Made by a program: the position numbers and the translations under genes. A stretch of DNA of 64,000 nt from Lama glama (Eukaryota). Position 1 is the first letter of the stretch. Each line of letters starts with the position of its first letter. The notes under the pieces are model-generated. The model was not told where the DNA came from, did not search any database, and worked only from the letters and a program-made list of their open reading frames with translations. Positions 51,930-64,000 of the stretch are shown here, piece by piece. Location: NCBI GenBank assembly GCA_028534125.1, contig CM052817.1, positions 103,170,001 to 103,234,000 on the forward strand, in the 5' to 3' direction.

Positions 51930-52250
51930 TCGCTCATTAGGAAAGGTTTACTGAGTGCCCAATGTGTATCAGGCACTGCTCTAGGCACTAAGAATACAGT
52001 GCTGAAACAGGTAGACATAGTGCTCGTCTCTCTGAGCCTAAGGCCAACAGCATGTGTGACTGCAAAACAGGTGAGGAGCAGGCATCTGTAAGTTTACTAG
52101 AACATGTGGGGCCAACCTAAGCCAGGCCGTGGGAATCGGGGGCATCTTACCTACTCTGAACTCTGAAAAAGAATCAGCTGGCCAGATAATGACGAGGAAG
52201 AGCAGTCTGGGCAGAGGAAACAGGATGTGCAAAGCCTGGAGCGGAACAGT
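51930..52250 (-). mobile_element. L2 3' fragment
   Basis: TTTACTGAGTGCCCAATGTGTATCAGGCACTGCTCTAGGCACT...GGCAGAGGAAACAGGATGTGCAAAG. Confidence 0.7.
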
Positions 52251-54235
52251 GTTTTGGGGCTACAGAGACAAGCAAGTTACACAGAAGGGCTGGAATTGTC
52301 TACTGCGTCTTCTCTCTTGCTGGTTTCCGATCTGTTACCCCAACGCCTCCACCTCCCTCTTGTATCAGTGCTTCACCCTGCCATGAGCTATGCTGCTGCA
52401 AATTTGAAACAGCATCTTGTGTCCCCACTTGGCAGAGAGCCTTAGGAGAGCAGCAGCCAGACCCAGCCCAGTAGGGGCAGCATAACTGCTGAGCCCGGAG
52501 GGGCGGGGCGAGTGGAGGGAGAGTGGGCGGAGTCAGTGCCAGGCTTGGTTACACCCTCCGTGGTCACAACTTTCCCCTCCATCACTGAGCATGCAAGACC
52601 GACTTGTACTAAGGAGGCCAGAGTTCCCTTGCACTGACCTGGAAGGCACTGATTTGGTCTCAATTAAAGTTATGTTGGGTTGGCACAGGGTGTGCATGGT
52701 GGCTGAGCTGGCAGGGGGTACCGACAGGAACATGCCTCACCTGGACCAGCACCTAAGTCTCAAAAAATAGTAGAAGTAAAAAACCATGAATGCCACACCT
52801 AGAACTGGAGAACCTAAGCCAAGTTCAAATTCTCTATTTTACATTTAGTGTTCATCTCCAATGGATCTATAACCTAAACAAAACTAAACAACTAACCAAA
52901 AGACCTGTCTCCTTTGAGGACTGTATATAACAGAAGTTTAGCTCAGTTCTCCCATATTACGTATAGAGCAAAGGCCTATGTGACAAAGATAACATGTAGT
53001 ATGTCACCAGCTAAGTATACTTAAATGAATTTTGATCTACACATTTCTACCTAATTGAAATCACATACTTTCAAGTTACGAAATAATTAGGTAGATGCTA
53101 TGGGACCAGACAGACATGGAATATAAATGTTTACCAATAAGCTTGTACTCGTGGTGGAAATTTAAGTATTAGTCATTGTTAACTGTCCCAAAACATACCT
53201 TCAGGAAAAATAAGACTGAAAAAATGTTAAAGATCGTGGTGACAGCCACCCCGAATAATACTGCTTTCATTTTGCTGTATTCAATCCAAATGATAAAATA
53301 ATGTATTAAAATTCCCCTCCTGATAGCAGGTGCTTTAAAAGATAATTCAAGTTAATTCTTATACAGTTGTTCCCTAGAGAACAACAGATGCTTCAAGCGG
53401 CATGGGAAGAAACCCCTGTCCATTGCCCCTGTCTCCGGAGAGGCAGATCAGCTCACTGCCCCGGAAACCAGTAAAAACTTTTCTCGAAGGTTTTCTCAAT
53501 CAAAAGGTCGATGATCCAGAGAAAGTTTCAATTTGGCACTATTAACATTTTCACTAATTTTACCTGTTTGTGATCAGCAAGGCTAAGGATGAAACAAAGA
53601 TTCTACACCTATGTTTCCTTCAAACATATTCACTTGGAATTAATTTATAATAATGAAATTAATTTATAATAATGAGGTAGTTACAGAAAACTCATTCTTA
53701 GTGTTAATTCTGCTACAAACAAAAACACCAGCTTTCTGTCCTCCCAACCTGGCACTTCGTAAAGTCACTAAAGTTCACTTCAAAATGCAAATATTATCCT
53801 AAGCAAATAGCCAGCTGCACCTGCAGTCATGTGAGGTGGTGCTTTTCAAGTTCAATTTTATTTCTGGATGCATTTTTCTGAATTACTTTATTTCACTATA
53901 TATATATATATATAATGGCATCCAAGTTATTTTTTGTCAAACATTTCTTTGGACAAACTGTATAAATCAGCTGATTTTCACCAAACTACTGTGATGATGG
54001 AGCCAGGCAGCCTTCAAGGGAACACTGTTCAGCCTATTAATACACAATTTATGCAGGAAAAATATTCTTAGTTTCCTGGTTGCATGACTGTTTTTCTTAC
54101 ATAAAAACTATTCTTAGAAGCATAACAAATTTTGTTTTTCAAATAAGAACATCTCGCTTTAGGTTGTGTAGAAATACACTCATTATTTAAATTCACACTT
54201 CTTTAAAGCAGGATATTCTATTCATTACAAGATTC

Positions 54236-54537
54236 TTTTTTGGTTTTTTTCGTTTGTTTCTTTTTATTATTACTGAAGTATAGTCAGTTTACAGTGTTGT
54301 GTCAATTTCTGGTGTACAGTATGTTTCAGTCATGCATATACATACATATATTCATTTTCATATTCTTTTTCATTATGTTACTACAAGATATTGAATATAG
54401 TTCCCTGTGCTACACAGAAGAAACTGTTATGTTTTATATGTAGTAGTTAGTATCTGCAAATCTCCAACTCCCAGTTTATCCCTCCTAACCCCCTTTTCCC
54501 ATGGTAACCATAAGTTTGTTTTCTATGTCTGTGAGCC
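54236..54537 (-). mobile_element. L1 3' end
   Basis: T-rich tail, then TGAAGTATAGTCAGTTTACAGTGTTGTG...GGTAACCATAAGTTTGTTTTCTATGTCTGTGAG. Confidence 0.85.
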
Positions 54538-55644
54538 AAAAAATAAATAAATAAAATTTATAGCTTTGCTTTCATTTGTCATTAAAACAAACAAAAAAAA
54601 GCTCTCTTTAGAATGAAATAAATTTTCTCCAAAGAGGCAGAACTACTTTCAAGATACGTTCATCTGATCAATTTGATACATGAAGCCTCTTCAAGGAGTA
54701 ATCCCTCAAGTTATTTTAGGAAAATAATGAGAGTAAAAGCTTAAAGTGTGAATTACATAGCTTTTAAAATTCTAAATTCTTCATGGATTTTATTTTGCCA
54801 TTCTATTCCAGGAAAAAAATAAATAAATCTTTTGAGAAACTAACAAAGCTAAGACATTCTTTTTTCCCTAGGATGCTATAAGCAAATCCAGAAAATGTTT
54901 CAAACTAAACATTCTTCTTGTCCATAAAAAGAAAACCAGAATATTTCTCCAAGTGCTATTAATAATTTAACTTAGAATAGAATCATAAGCTTGCACGAAT
55001 GAAAGATCACTTGCTCTATCCCCTTGCTCAGAAAGACCCTGGACTACACTCTTCGGGAAAGAGAAACAGCTGGCCTATTTTCAGCATCTCCAGGATGTCT
55101 ATGCCAGAGGCGCTCAGGGAGATGGAGACAAGGCTTTCCCGGAGTCTTCCTGGCCCCCTGGGCTGCACTGGCCGTCCCTCCTCTGCGTTCCCATAGCACT
55201 ATCCCATAATATGCACCATGTGCCCTAATTATCTACTTACAAGTCAGTTTCCCACACAAAAGTTTCCAAGCCATTTTAGTGATCCCTGCTCTTTTATTTA
55301 AGACAACAAGCTCAGAATGTTTAAGTAACTGACAAAGTCTCAAAAGTAGTAAGTGACAAAGCTGGAATTCAATTAGGAGCCATCTGATTCCAAAGGCCCT
55401 CACACTCTCCGTCATACGTTGCATTTCAATTACTTCTCAATTTTTAAAACGAGAGAGTGCGTGCTGAGAAGTTCGGTCTGACCTGAGACGACACGCGGAT
55501 CACTGGAGGGATTTGAGCAGAGAAGCTGCACAGATCTGTGTTTCACTCTGCGGCGGTGGGGAGAAGCGGGTGGCGGGCCGTGCTGGTAAGAGGCTGGGAA
55601 GCCAATGAGGGGACTGGGGCGTTAATCACGCAAGAGAGACAGGG

Positions 55645-55825
55645 GGAGGGGGGACACAGCTCAGCGATAAAGCACGTGCTTAGCATGCACGAGGTCCTGG
55701 GTTCAATCCTCCATTAAATAAATAGATAAACAATCAAATAAACAAACCTAATTACCTCCCCACCATAAACAGTTTAAAAAGTAAGAATTTTTTTTTAATT
55801 TAAAAATTTCAACAACAACAACAAA
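55645..55825 (+). mobile_element. tRNA-derived SINE (camelid vic-1-like)
   Basis: AGCTCAGCG...GCTTAGCATGCACGAGGTCCTGGGTTCAATCC...AAACCTAATTACCTCCCC. Confidence 0.85.
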
Positions 55826-58800
55826 AAGAGATGGAGGAGGAGACTCTGGAACTTCTCCCTGATGTACGACTTCAAATAGGTCACTTCCTAAATTTTTAAT
55901 TTTTTCCTACTGTTAAATATGAAGAAAACTAGCTGCCCCGCCTGCCGGTTCACCGGCTGTTGAAAGGCTAAGACGTCCGCACATGCGCGGTGCTGACTGC
56001 GCGGGGCTCAGGAGCGCAGGCTGGGGGGTAAGGAAGTCTGGGTTCCAATTCAGTCTCCTCTGCTTCCTCTGTGAAACCTTGAGCAGGTTACAATCACCTC
56101 TCTGTGCCTCGGTTTCCTAATATGTGAAATAGAGATAATGCCTGTACCTGATTCCCAAAATATTTTGAGAGATTATAATTTTACTTTATTTATTGCTTTA
56201 TCTCCAGCATCTAGACCTGTGCCTGGTATGAGAAGTGCTTACTACCGTTAATATTAATTTGAAAATTATAAAAGACTATGTAATTGAAAGGTGTCACTAT
56301 GACTATAAAACATATTTAATGTCAACAATTTTCCCCACCGACTAATGTACTAAAAAAAAATCCACAGTCTCTGTTGACAGCACATCTGTTCTTTTACACA
56401 TAAAAGTAAATTGACATCCTTCTCCTTTGTTTCTTCCTTAACTTTTCTACAATGTGCTTTTTTACTCTTTCAAACAAAACCTCTTCTGCTGAATGCATCT
56501 GTAAACCCTATGTTTCAGGCTGGCTGGGGCCCAAGTGCCCTCTAAAATCACCTGAACCTCCTGTGCATGTGGACAGATGATGTCCACTAGGAAAGCTGTC
56601 CCTTGCATGGATACTTGAGACCTTTACGGGACAAACTAGCTCAGCCACTTGCTGTACCAAAAGGAGGAATGATTATAAAAAAAAAGATGATTCTGCTGTG
56701 GACGCAAACTGTTTTCATATTCAAAGAGAGGGATTCAGTCCCGTGGAGGAATTTAGAGACACTTGGACCCACTCTCCCAGACATTGCTTTTCTCCCCACT
56801 CCCTCCAGTAAAGAGAGGCTTTCTCCTCAAACCATCAGCCACAGGTGAAGTGCTTCATCTAGCAGAACCAGAATCCACTGAACAATTTACCATATACAGT
56901 AATAAGAGTAGACTCTCTACTTTGAATAAAATTATTGCATCTGATCAGATCAACAAAATGTGTTTGCCGTGTATCCCACACCCTGACAGGTATCTAGATT
57001 CCCATGAGAAAGGGGCTCCACGCACATCACAAGGTTTCCAATGTGTACTATAAAGAATTAGAATCCAGTGGCCAGACCTACAAAAAGAGGAGAAAGCTGG
57101 TTTCCATATTCAGGCAATGGAGAATAAGGAAGGGAAGGGACGTTCATTGATCAAGGCTGCTCTTGGCCAATCAGTTAGCAATTTCTATATCGACTGACCA
57201 ACTGCATAGAATGTCAAGTGGATTCCACCAGGTGGTTGGCTGTGAGCTCCAGGATGAGATAAACTCAACCAAACAAGGATCATGGGAAGTTGAGGGGAAG
57301 GAGTGGGAAGGAGGCAGGAGATGGGGGGGAGGGAGGAAGGGAGGGAGAAAAGGGAAAAGGAATGCAAGATGTGGAGGATGGAGGAAAACACTGACCAAGA
57401 AAGTCCATTTTTCTATAAACAGGTACTGACAGCACTTCTCTTATATGACTTCAAAAAAAAAAGAAACCTCCCTTTCTAATAACACCTCTTTGTTTCCATC
57501 ATTTAACAGAGGAGAAAAAAAGAGGGGAAATTTTCCCTCTAGAGAGGAAAAAGGCCAACTCTCAGAAACTATGAGCTAAATTTTTATCTTAAAAATAGCA
57601 GAGTGGTCAAGATCCCCTAAGGTAATATTGAAATAATCGCTCCCCTGTTTCCTTCAGGTCTGAATGGCTGTGTAATGTCCTCCAGTCACCACTCTCCTGG
57701 TTCCGGACTCATCTCCCAATGCAGTCAGGAAATTGCCTGTGACACCCCCAGACCAGGCTTTCTGCTGAACTGCTGGCCTTCAGCATCCACAGAAAGGGAA
57801 CCCCAACACACACACACTCACACTCACGCTCACACACACGTCCCTAAGAGGCATGGCAGCACCATAAATGAAAAGAAGTTTAGAGCAAGATTTCTCTTCT
57901 CTAAACTAATCCCAGGTTTTCAACTAAGCCTTTAAAATGCCTTCTAATAAGTTATTTCATCTTCCATTTTTGGAAAGGAACAAATGTGAAGACAAATTTG
58001 GTCCAGTCCCCTTTGTTATCTTTTCTTTCTTTCTTTCTTTTAAATGGCTACATGCTTATAAAAAACCTCTGCCTCTTAAATCAAGTAGTACTGAGATTCT
58101 ATTTTAGCACCTTTTGGGATGACAAGATTCTAAATGTGTAATAAAAATAAATCTCCATTAATAGCTGGGTCTTGGCAGCTGAAAGAGTGACTGGTTTCTT
58201 GTTTACTCACCCAGTGAGGATGTGGGTTCCACTTTGGGCACAGCGTGAACAGGACCACTAATCATCAGGTGGCATCAAAAAGGGATCAGTTCATAGCTCT
58301 GGGCTTCGATGGCTATTTTTTTGACACTTCATAAATTGAAGTTGTTCTTCCGAGTGAATTACTCATACAGTTCAAGACCCATCTATTAAGATCTCTGATT
58401 TTTAAAATTAACTAATTAAAAAGCCTTGTAGAGAAAGAGGTTGACAGAGAGAGGAGTAATTGGTACACAATGCTGAGATTCTGTAAACCACATTAGTACG
58501 GATTCTGCAATGAATTTACAGAACTCCGCGATATGGAGGTTACTGGGAGAGCATAAAGTCTAAATAAACTAGATGTAAAACAATTCAATGAAGACTGGCC
58601 CATCCAGGTTTGCTGCAGGATGAGACTACCACGGTATTTCACAGCTTCTTAGAATAGCATTGACATAGTGCTGGGTTTTTTTAGATACACTATTTTAGTA
58701 TTTTCTTTATCAAGATTTCATTTGTACTTTGAAAGACTGAAAGCCAAAAAGAATCATCAAATTAAGTCCATTACTTATTTTTGGCTCTCAGAAATGGCAC

Positions 58801-59260
58801 CAATTCACTGAACCGGACTGTGGGGTAGAGGGGTCGAACTAGCCTCACTCATGTTAACTTTCCTGATTCAGTCTCGTAATCCGGCTGCTCCCTATGCACT
58901 TCTCCATCAACCACTCCAAACCTCCCCCACCACCACCACGATGAGCTTTTCCAAGCACTCAAGAGCTCAGCTGCTCTATTTGTGACAAAACAAACTCAAG
59001 AAAGGATAGCTCTGCTCCATGATTTCACCAATTAGAGTCAAAGGCTTGAGATTATCCATGAACAAATCCATTCCCATAATCTCCTACAGAAACTTATTCC
59101 AACCATCTAATCAGAATTAACATCTCCTTCCTCTATGCCCTCTTAGCCCCTTGTAACCATTGTTGATTTTATATTATTTTCTCTCCAGTCCCCTATGTCC
59201 CCACTGAAAGCTCTCTGAGAATCAGGAATCATACACAGGGCAGTCATGACAGGATCTCAC

Positions 59261-59446
59261 GATGGCTCTCAAAGTGTGGCCCCTGGACCAGCGGCATCAG
59301 CATCCCTGGAAACCTGTTAGAAATGCAAAATGTCAGGTCCCAAACCAGACTTACTGAATCAGAAACTCAAGGGGTGGGGCCCAGCACCTACATTTCAACA
59401 AGTCCTCTAGGCGATTTGGATGCAGAATCAAGTTTGAGAACCTCTG
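59261..59446. mobile_element. MER5A hAT-Charlie fossil
   Basis: CTCTCAAAGTGTGG...CATCAGCATC...GTTAGAAATGCAAA...CTGAATCAGAAACTC...AAGTTTGAGAACCTCTG. Confidence 0.9.
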
Positions 59447-60171
59447 GTGTATTTGAACAGGTCTGGGGTTTTAGAAGGAGACAATCTAAGGGTTTTAATC
59501 CCTACTATACCACTGACGACATTAAGCAAGTCATCTGACATCTCTGAGTTGCCTCTCCTCATCTCTGAATATCACACAGTAAGTCCTCAGTCAACACTAC
59601 TATCTTTATATTTTGTGTCTTTGAGCTCTGGTGCCCAGTGAACACTGTGAACATACTTTGCCCTCCGTACTTACTTAACGGAACAAAATGAGCTGAATGG
59701 AATGAGAATAGACACAACCACTGGGAACCAAACGGCAAGGTATCTGCAAGCCATCACCACTGAGAGATACAGATGATGGATAAGGAGCAAAGTCAAATAA
59801 AACACCAATGGGGAAACATGCCCGGCCAGTAATCCTGACCGCTCTGTCTCATAGTGACCCTCCTGTCATCTCAAATTCCTACCATACCTTTGCCACAATG
59901 AAAATTCCATTCTTTGTTAAAGATAAATATCCCATCACTCTCCCACATCCTGCCATACTCACTGGGAATAAGTTATGGTTCCCATGTAAACTTCATGCTA
60001 TAGCAATTATTTGCTAAATAACTCTTCTCAGTTGGAAATAAATAACTTTCCTCTCATATGATACTCTGGGATTTAGAAAAGTTTGTCCTCACAGAGTTAT
60101 CCCTGACACCTGGGGAAACCAGTAAAACCCATTCGTGGCAGGTGAAACTTTTGTGGAGGAGGGTTATTTCC

Positions 60172-62150
60172 TAAGAGAACAGTCTTCCATAAACGGTGCT
60201 GGGACAACTGGACATCCACATGCAAAAGAAGGAAGTTAGACCCCTATCTTACATCATATACAAATTACCTCAAAGTGGATCAAAGACCGAAGTAAAAGAG
60301 TTAAAACTATAAAACTCTCAGATGAAAATAGAGGTATAAATCTTTGTGACCCTGGATTAGGCAACAGTTTCTTAGATACAACACCAAGAATACAAGGAAC
60401 AAAAGATAAAATAGGTAAATTGGATTACATCAAAATTAAAAACACTTGGGTTTCAAACACCATCAAAAAGGTAAAAAGACAAGCCACAGAATAGGANNNN
60501 NNNNNNNNNNNNNNNNNNNNNNNNNNNNNNNNNNNNNNNNNNNNNNNNNNNNNNNNNNNNNNNNNNNNNNNNNNNNNNNNNNNNNNNNNNNNNNNNNNNN
60601 NNNNNNNNNNNNNNNNNNNNNNNNNNNNNNNNNNNNNNNNNNNNNNNNNNNNNNNNNNNNNNNNNNNNNNNNNNNNNNNNNNNNNNNNNNNNNNNNNNNN
60701 NNNNNNNNNNNNNNNNNNNNNNNNNNNNNNNNNNNNNNNNNNNNNNNNNNNNNNNNNNNNNNNNNNNNNNNNNNNNNNNNNNNNNNNNNNNNNNNNNNNN
60801 NNNNNNNNNNNNNNNNNNNNNNNNNNNNNNNNNNNNNNNNNNNNNNNNNNNNNNNNNNNNNNNNNNNNNNNNNNNNNNNNNNNNNNNNNNNNNNNNNNNN
60901 NNNNNNNNNNNNNNNNNNNNNNNNNNNNNNNNNNNNNNNNNNNNNNNNNNNNNNNNNNNNNNNNNNNNNNNNNNNNNNNNNNNNNNNNNNNNNNNNGAGT
61001 TAAAACTATAAAACTCTCAGATGAAAATAGAGGTATAAATCTTTGTGACCCTGGATTAGGCAACAGTTTCTTAGATACAACACCAAGAATACAAGGAACA
61101 AAAGATAAAATAGGTAAATTGGATTACATCAAAATTAAAAACACTTGGGTTTCAAACACCATCAAAAAGGTAAAAAGACAAGCCACAGAATAGGAATAAA
61201 AGTTTCCACATCATAGGTCTGAGGATGGGCTCAATTCCAAAATATATAAAGGAATCTTACAACGCATCAATAAAAAGACAAATAGCCCAATCAAAAATTG
61301 GCAAAAGATTTGAAGAGACATTTCTCCGAAGAAGACATGCCTATGGCCAACAAGCACATGAAAAGATGCTCGACATCACTAGCCATTAGAGAAACGCAAA
61401 CCAAATAGCAGTGAGATACCATTTCACACCCAGGATGGCCATGTGAAAATGACAGGAAATACCAAGGTCAGGAGGACGGGGAAAAATTGAAATCTTCATG
61501 GACAAATGGTAGGTAGGAATGTAAAGTGGTGCAGCCACTTTGGAAAACAGTCTGGCATTCCTAAAAATGTTAAGCAAAGTATTTAACATGACCCAGTGAT
61601 TTCACTGCTAGGAAAATACCCCAAAGAAATGACCACACATGCCCACAGAAAAACTGGTCCATGAATGTTCACAGCAGCATTGTTCAAAATCATCAAAAAG
61701 TGGAAGACAATCCAATTGTCTATCACCTGGTGAATGGATAAGTTGTGGACTGTCCATATAAAGAAATATTATTTGGCAATGAGACTGAATTACATACTGA
61801 CACCCTCTCCAACATGGATGAATCTTGAGAACATTACCATGCTACATCAAAGAAGCCAGTAACAAAAGACCACATATCGTATGATTCCATGGATACGAAG
61901 TACCTAGAACAGGCAAATCTAAGACAAACGTCGACTCTGTGGTTGCTGAGGGCTGGTGGGGAAAGGTGGGGAGGAAGCGGGGAAATGGAGAATGACTGCT
62001 GATGGTTACAGAGCTCCTCATCACAGCAATGAAAATGCTCTAAAAGTGACGGCGCTGATGGCTGCACAGCACGGGGAATACACTAAAACCACTGAGTTTT
62101 ACCCTGTAATGGGTGAATTGTTCAGCTGTGATTATCTATCACAACAAACA
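60172..62150 (+). mobile_element. L1MB-type LINE-1 (ORF2 3' part and 3'UTR), interrupted by a gap
   Basis: GGTGCTGGGACAACTGGACATCCACATGCAAAA...AAGCACATGAAAAGATGCTC...AACATGGATGAATCTTGA. Confidence 0.88.
60497..60996. other. Assembly gap (500 N), probably false
   Basis: Flanked by an identical 199-bp sequence on both sides. Confidence 0.95.
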
Positions 62151-64000
62151 AAACTTATTGTAATAAATACACTGTAATAATAATAATAGCAAAGATTTTC
62201 AGCCATGAAAATAAAAGAAGCAAGTTTTAGGATACAGCATTTAGGATAGTCATTAGAATATGACTCTGAAATCTCGGAAGAAACTTTGACGTCAGTTCAA
62301 TTATACTCTTGATTATAATGTATCACAAAAAATCAAAAGAACAGATGAAAATGCGATTTGAAGCGTGAATTATAAGGGGCTATTGACCTCCTCTGTTCAG
62401 GTTATTAGCAAACCAGGAAACAAAACCCCCAGGGCATCTACTGTAGATTTAAATTTTGTTCAACCATTAAACCATTGTCATATTAATAGTAACGGCAAGA
62501 TTTTGGAGCTGGAGCCCTAAGTGTCTATTTCAACTTCCAGATTTTACAAAAATAGACTTCTCCAACATTCTTCATACCATGCCACACAACTTCCCCACCA
62601 GTATGCAAACATTAGTTTTTATTTAACGCATTTCTAGTAAGTTGTCTTCTGGAACACATGTTTCATGGCCTCGATTATGCAGACATTTTTATCTTAAATG
62701 TCTTACACCGTCTTCTTTTCAAGCTTAGCTCACTTGAACCTTTGCTGTAATGGTAGGTGGTGATGGGTTCCTTTGTGATAGACACACATCATAAACCACT
62801 CACCCTTCAGCTTCTTCAATGCCTTGTCTAAATAGGTACACAGAACTATGAAAGGATCAAGCAGTAATCTAAATACTCTTCATAATCACCATTCATTTTT
62901 AGTTCTTTCCCAGTGCTAGTCTTTTTAAATCTGAGCTCAAATTTGGTGTCTCTGCACTTCTGTTCAGGACCAAGAATTTCCCAATGTCTGCTCGTTTCGA
63001 ATCTTGAAAAGAGGAGGAAGTCTGGTGATTTCCATTCCAGATTTCAAGACAATAATTATTGCAAAGAAAAAGAAAAAATGTCACAAGAATTTTTAAAGAC
63101 ATAGACAGTTTTCTCCTTTCCATTTTTCACCTTGCCAAATTTCTTAGCTTTCCATATTGAAGCTTTCCTCTTCAGTAGAGATAATCTCTTCTTCTGTGAT
63201 ATGTTTGAAAGTTTGTATCTGAATTCACATGGTATCATGTAACAGGCCAGAATCATGTAAGGTACACACATCCCCAACACTGAATTATGTATCAGGAGAA
63301 GTCTCTGTACCTATGAGAATCATAAAGGCACCACAAAAGGAACCAACCATTTACAGAGGTCATGCAAAATCTGAAGAAGCAAATTAACATCTAAGTAAAC
63401 AGTGGACGAACAAGGCTGAAAACGTTCGCCCTCATTATGATTAACACATTTTCCTTCTCTATCACAAATAAATTGACTCAAAACACTTGTATCATGTTCT
63501 ATAAAGAAGCTTTACTAAACCTTTAATAAATATATCCTATTGATGAAAATGAAGTTACATTCTTCCAAAGAACTGATACCAAAAATGAAATAATCTATAG
63601 ATTCATCACCTTCCCCTACCTAGTGTTTCCTCGTTATCCCACTGTCACCACCCTCTTCTACGTCCTCATCGAATTATGCCACTGGTATTTCAACAGCCTC
63701 CTGGCCATCCTCTCTGCGCTCACATTTAATACATCTGTCTTGATGACAAATTAAGTAACTGTACTGAAACACCACTTCTTATAGTCACCCTTATACTTAA
63801 AAGCCCACAGAAGCCCCTATTACCCACCACCGTATCTAAGTGTCTCTGTCCAGCTTTCAGGGTCTCATATATTGTGGTACCACCCAGTCTTTTCAAAGAC
63901 ATTTCCTGTTCCCCCAAACATGGACCTCCCTCTACTCAGATAGGTGAGTATTTCACATCTCAAGAAAGGAAATTCAGGGGGAGTATAAGGGTTGGAGAAT

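Larger units (their letters stand above)
12243..64000 (-). other. CPE: CPE intron 1 (partial, >51 kb); exon 1 is not in the window
   Basis: No signal-peptide or pro-region coding sequence is recognisable upstream of exon 2. CPE intron 1 is known to be very long in mammals. Assumes the scaffold is joined correctly across both gaps. Confidence 0.8.

Noticed and set aside
53637..53676. Short tandem duplications (also about 38343-38376, 51359-51382 and 20039-20067)
   Set aside because: Ordinary two-copy slippage duplications; no spacer-repeat or CRISPR-like array.
55972..55997. Non-canonical REST/RE1 site (TCAGCACC-N10-GGACGT on minus)
   Set aside because: The right half-site mismatches GGACAG and the site lies in a MIR-like remnant.
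60425..61063. ORFs of 185-212 aa
   Set aside because: They span the N gap.

Overview
Mammalian (eutherian) genomic DNA, most likely a camelid based on its SINE and young L1 tails. The window lies inside the carboxypeptidase E (CPE) gene on the minus strand. Three coding exons are present with canonical GT-AG borders: exon 2 (12046-12242), exon 3 (10210-10377) and exon 4 (1460-1577). They encode the zinc-binding HGNE and NLHGG motifs. Everything above 12242 is part of the long intron 1; exon 1 and exons 5 onward lie outside the window. The rest is repeat-rich intron: L1, L2, MIR, MaLR and ERV1 solo LTRs, hAT/Tigger fossils, tRNA-derived SINEs and two 500-N assembly gaps. Repeat family names come from recalled consensus sequences, not a database search. 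Nearly all other ORFs in the track are spurious or L1-derived. I found no convincing new multi-gene system. The best leads are: a perfect 68-bp inverted duplication in intron 3; a recursive-splicing (AG|GTGAG) signature at the start of exon 2; a sense-oriented solo LTR about 1.9 kb upstream of exon 2; GC-shifted CpG-rich patches built from old repeats; a 3'-truncated internal L1 fragment with target-site duplication; and a strong CTCF motif in intron 2.
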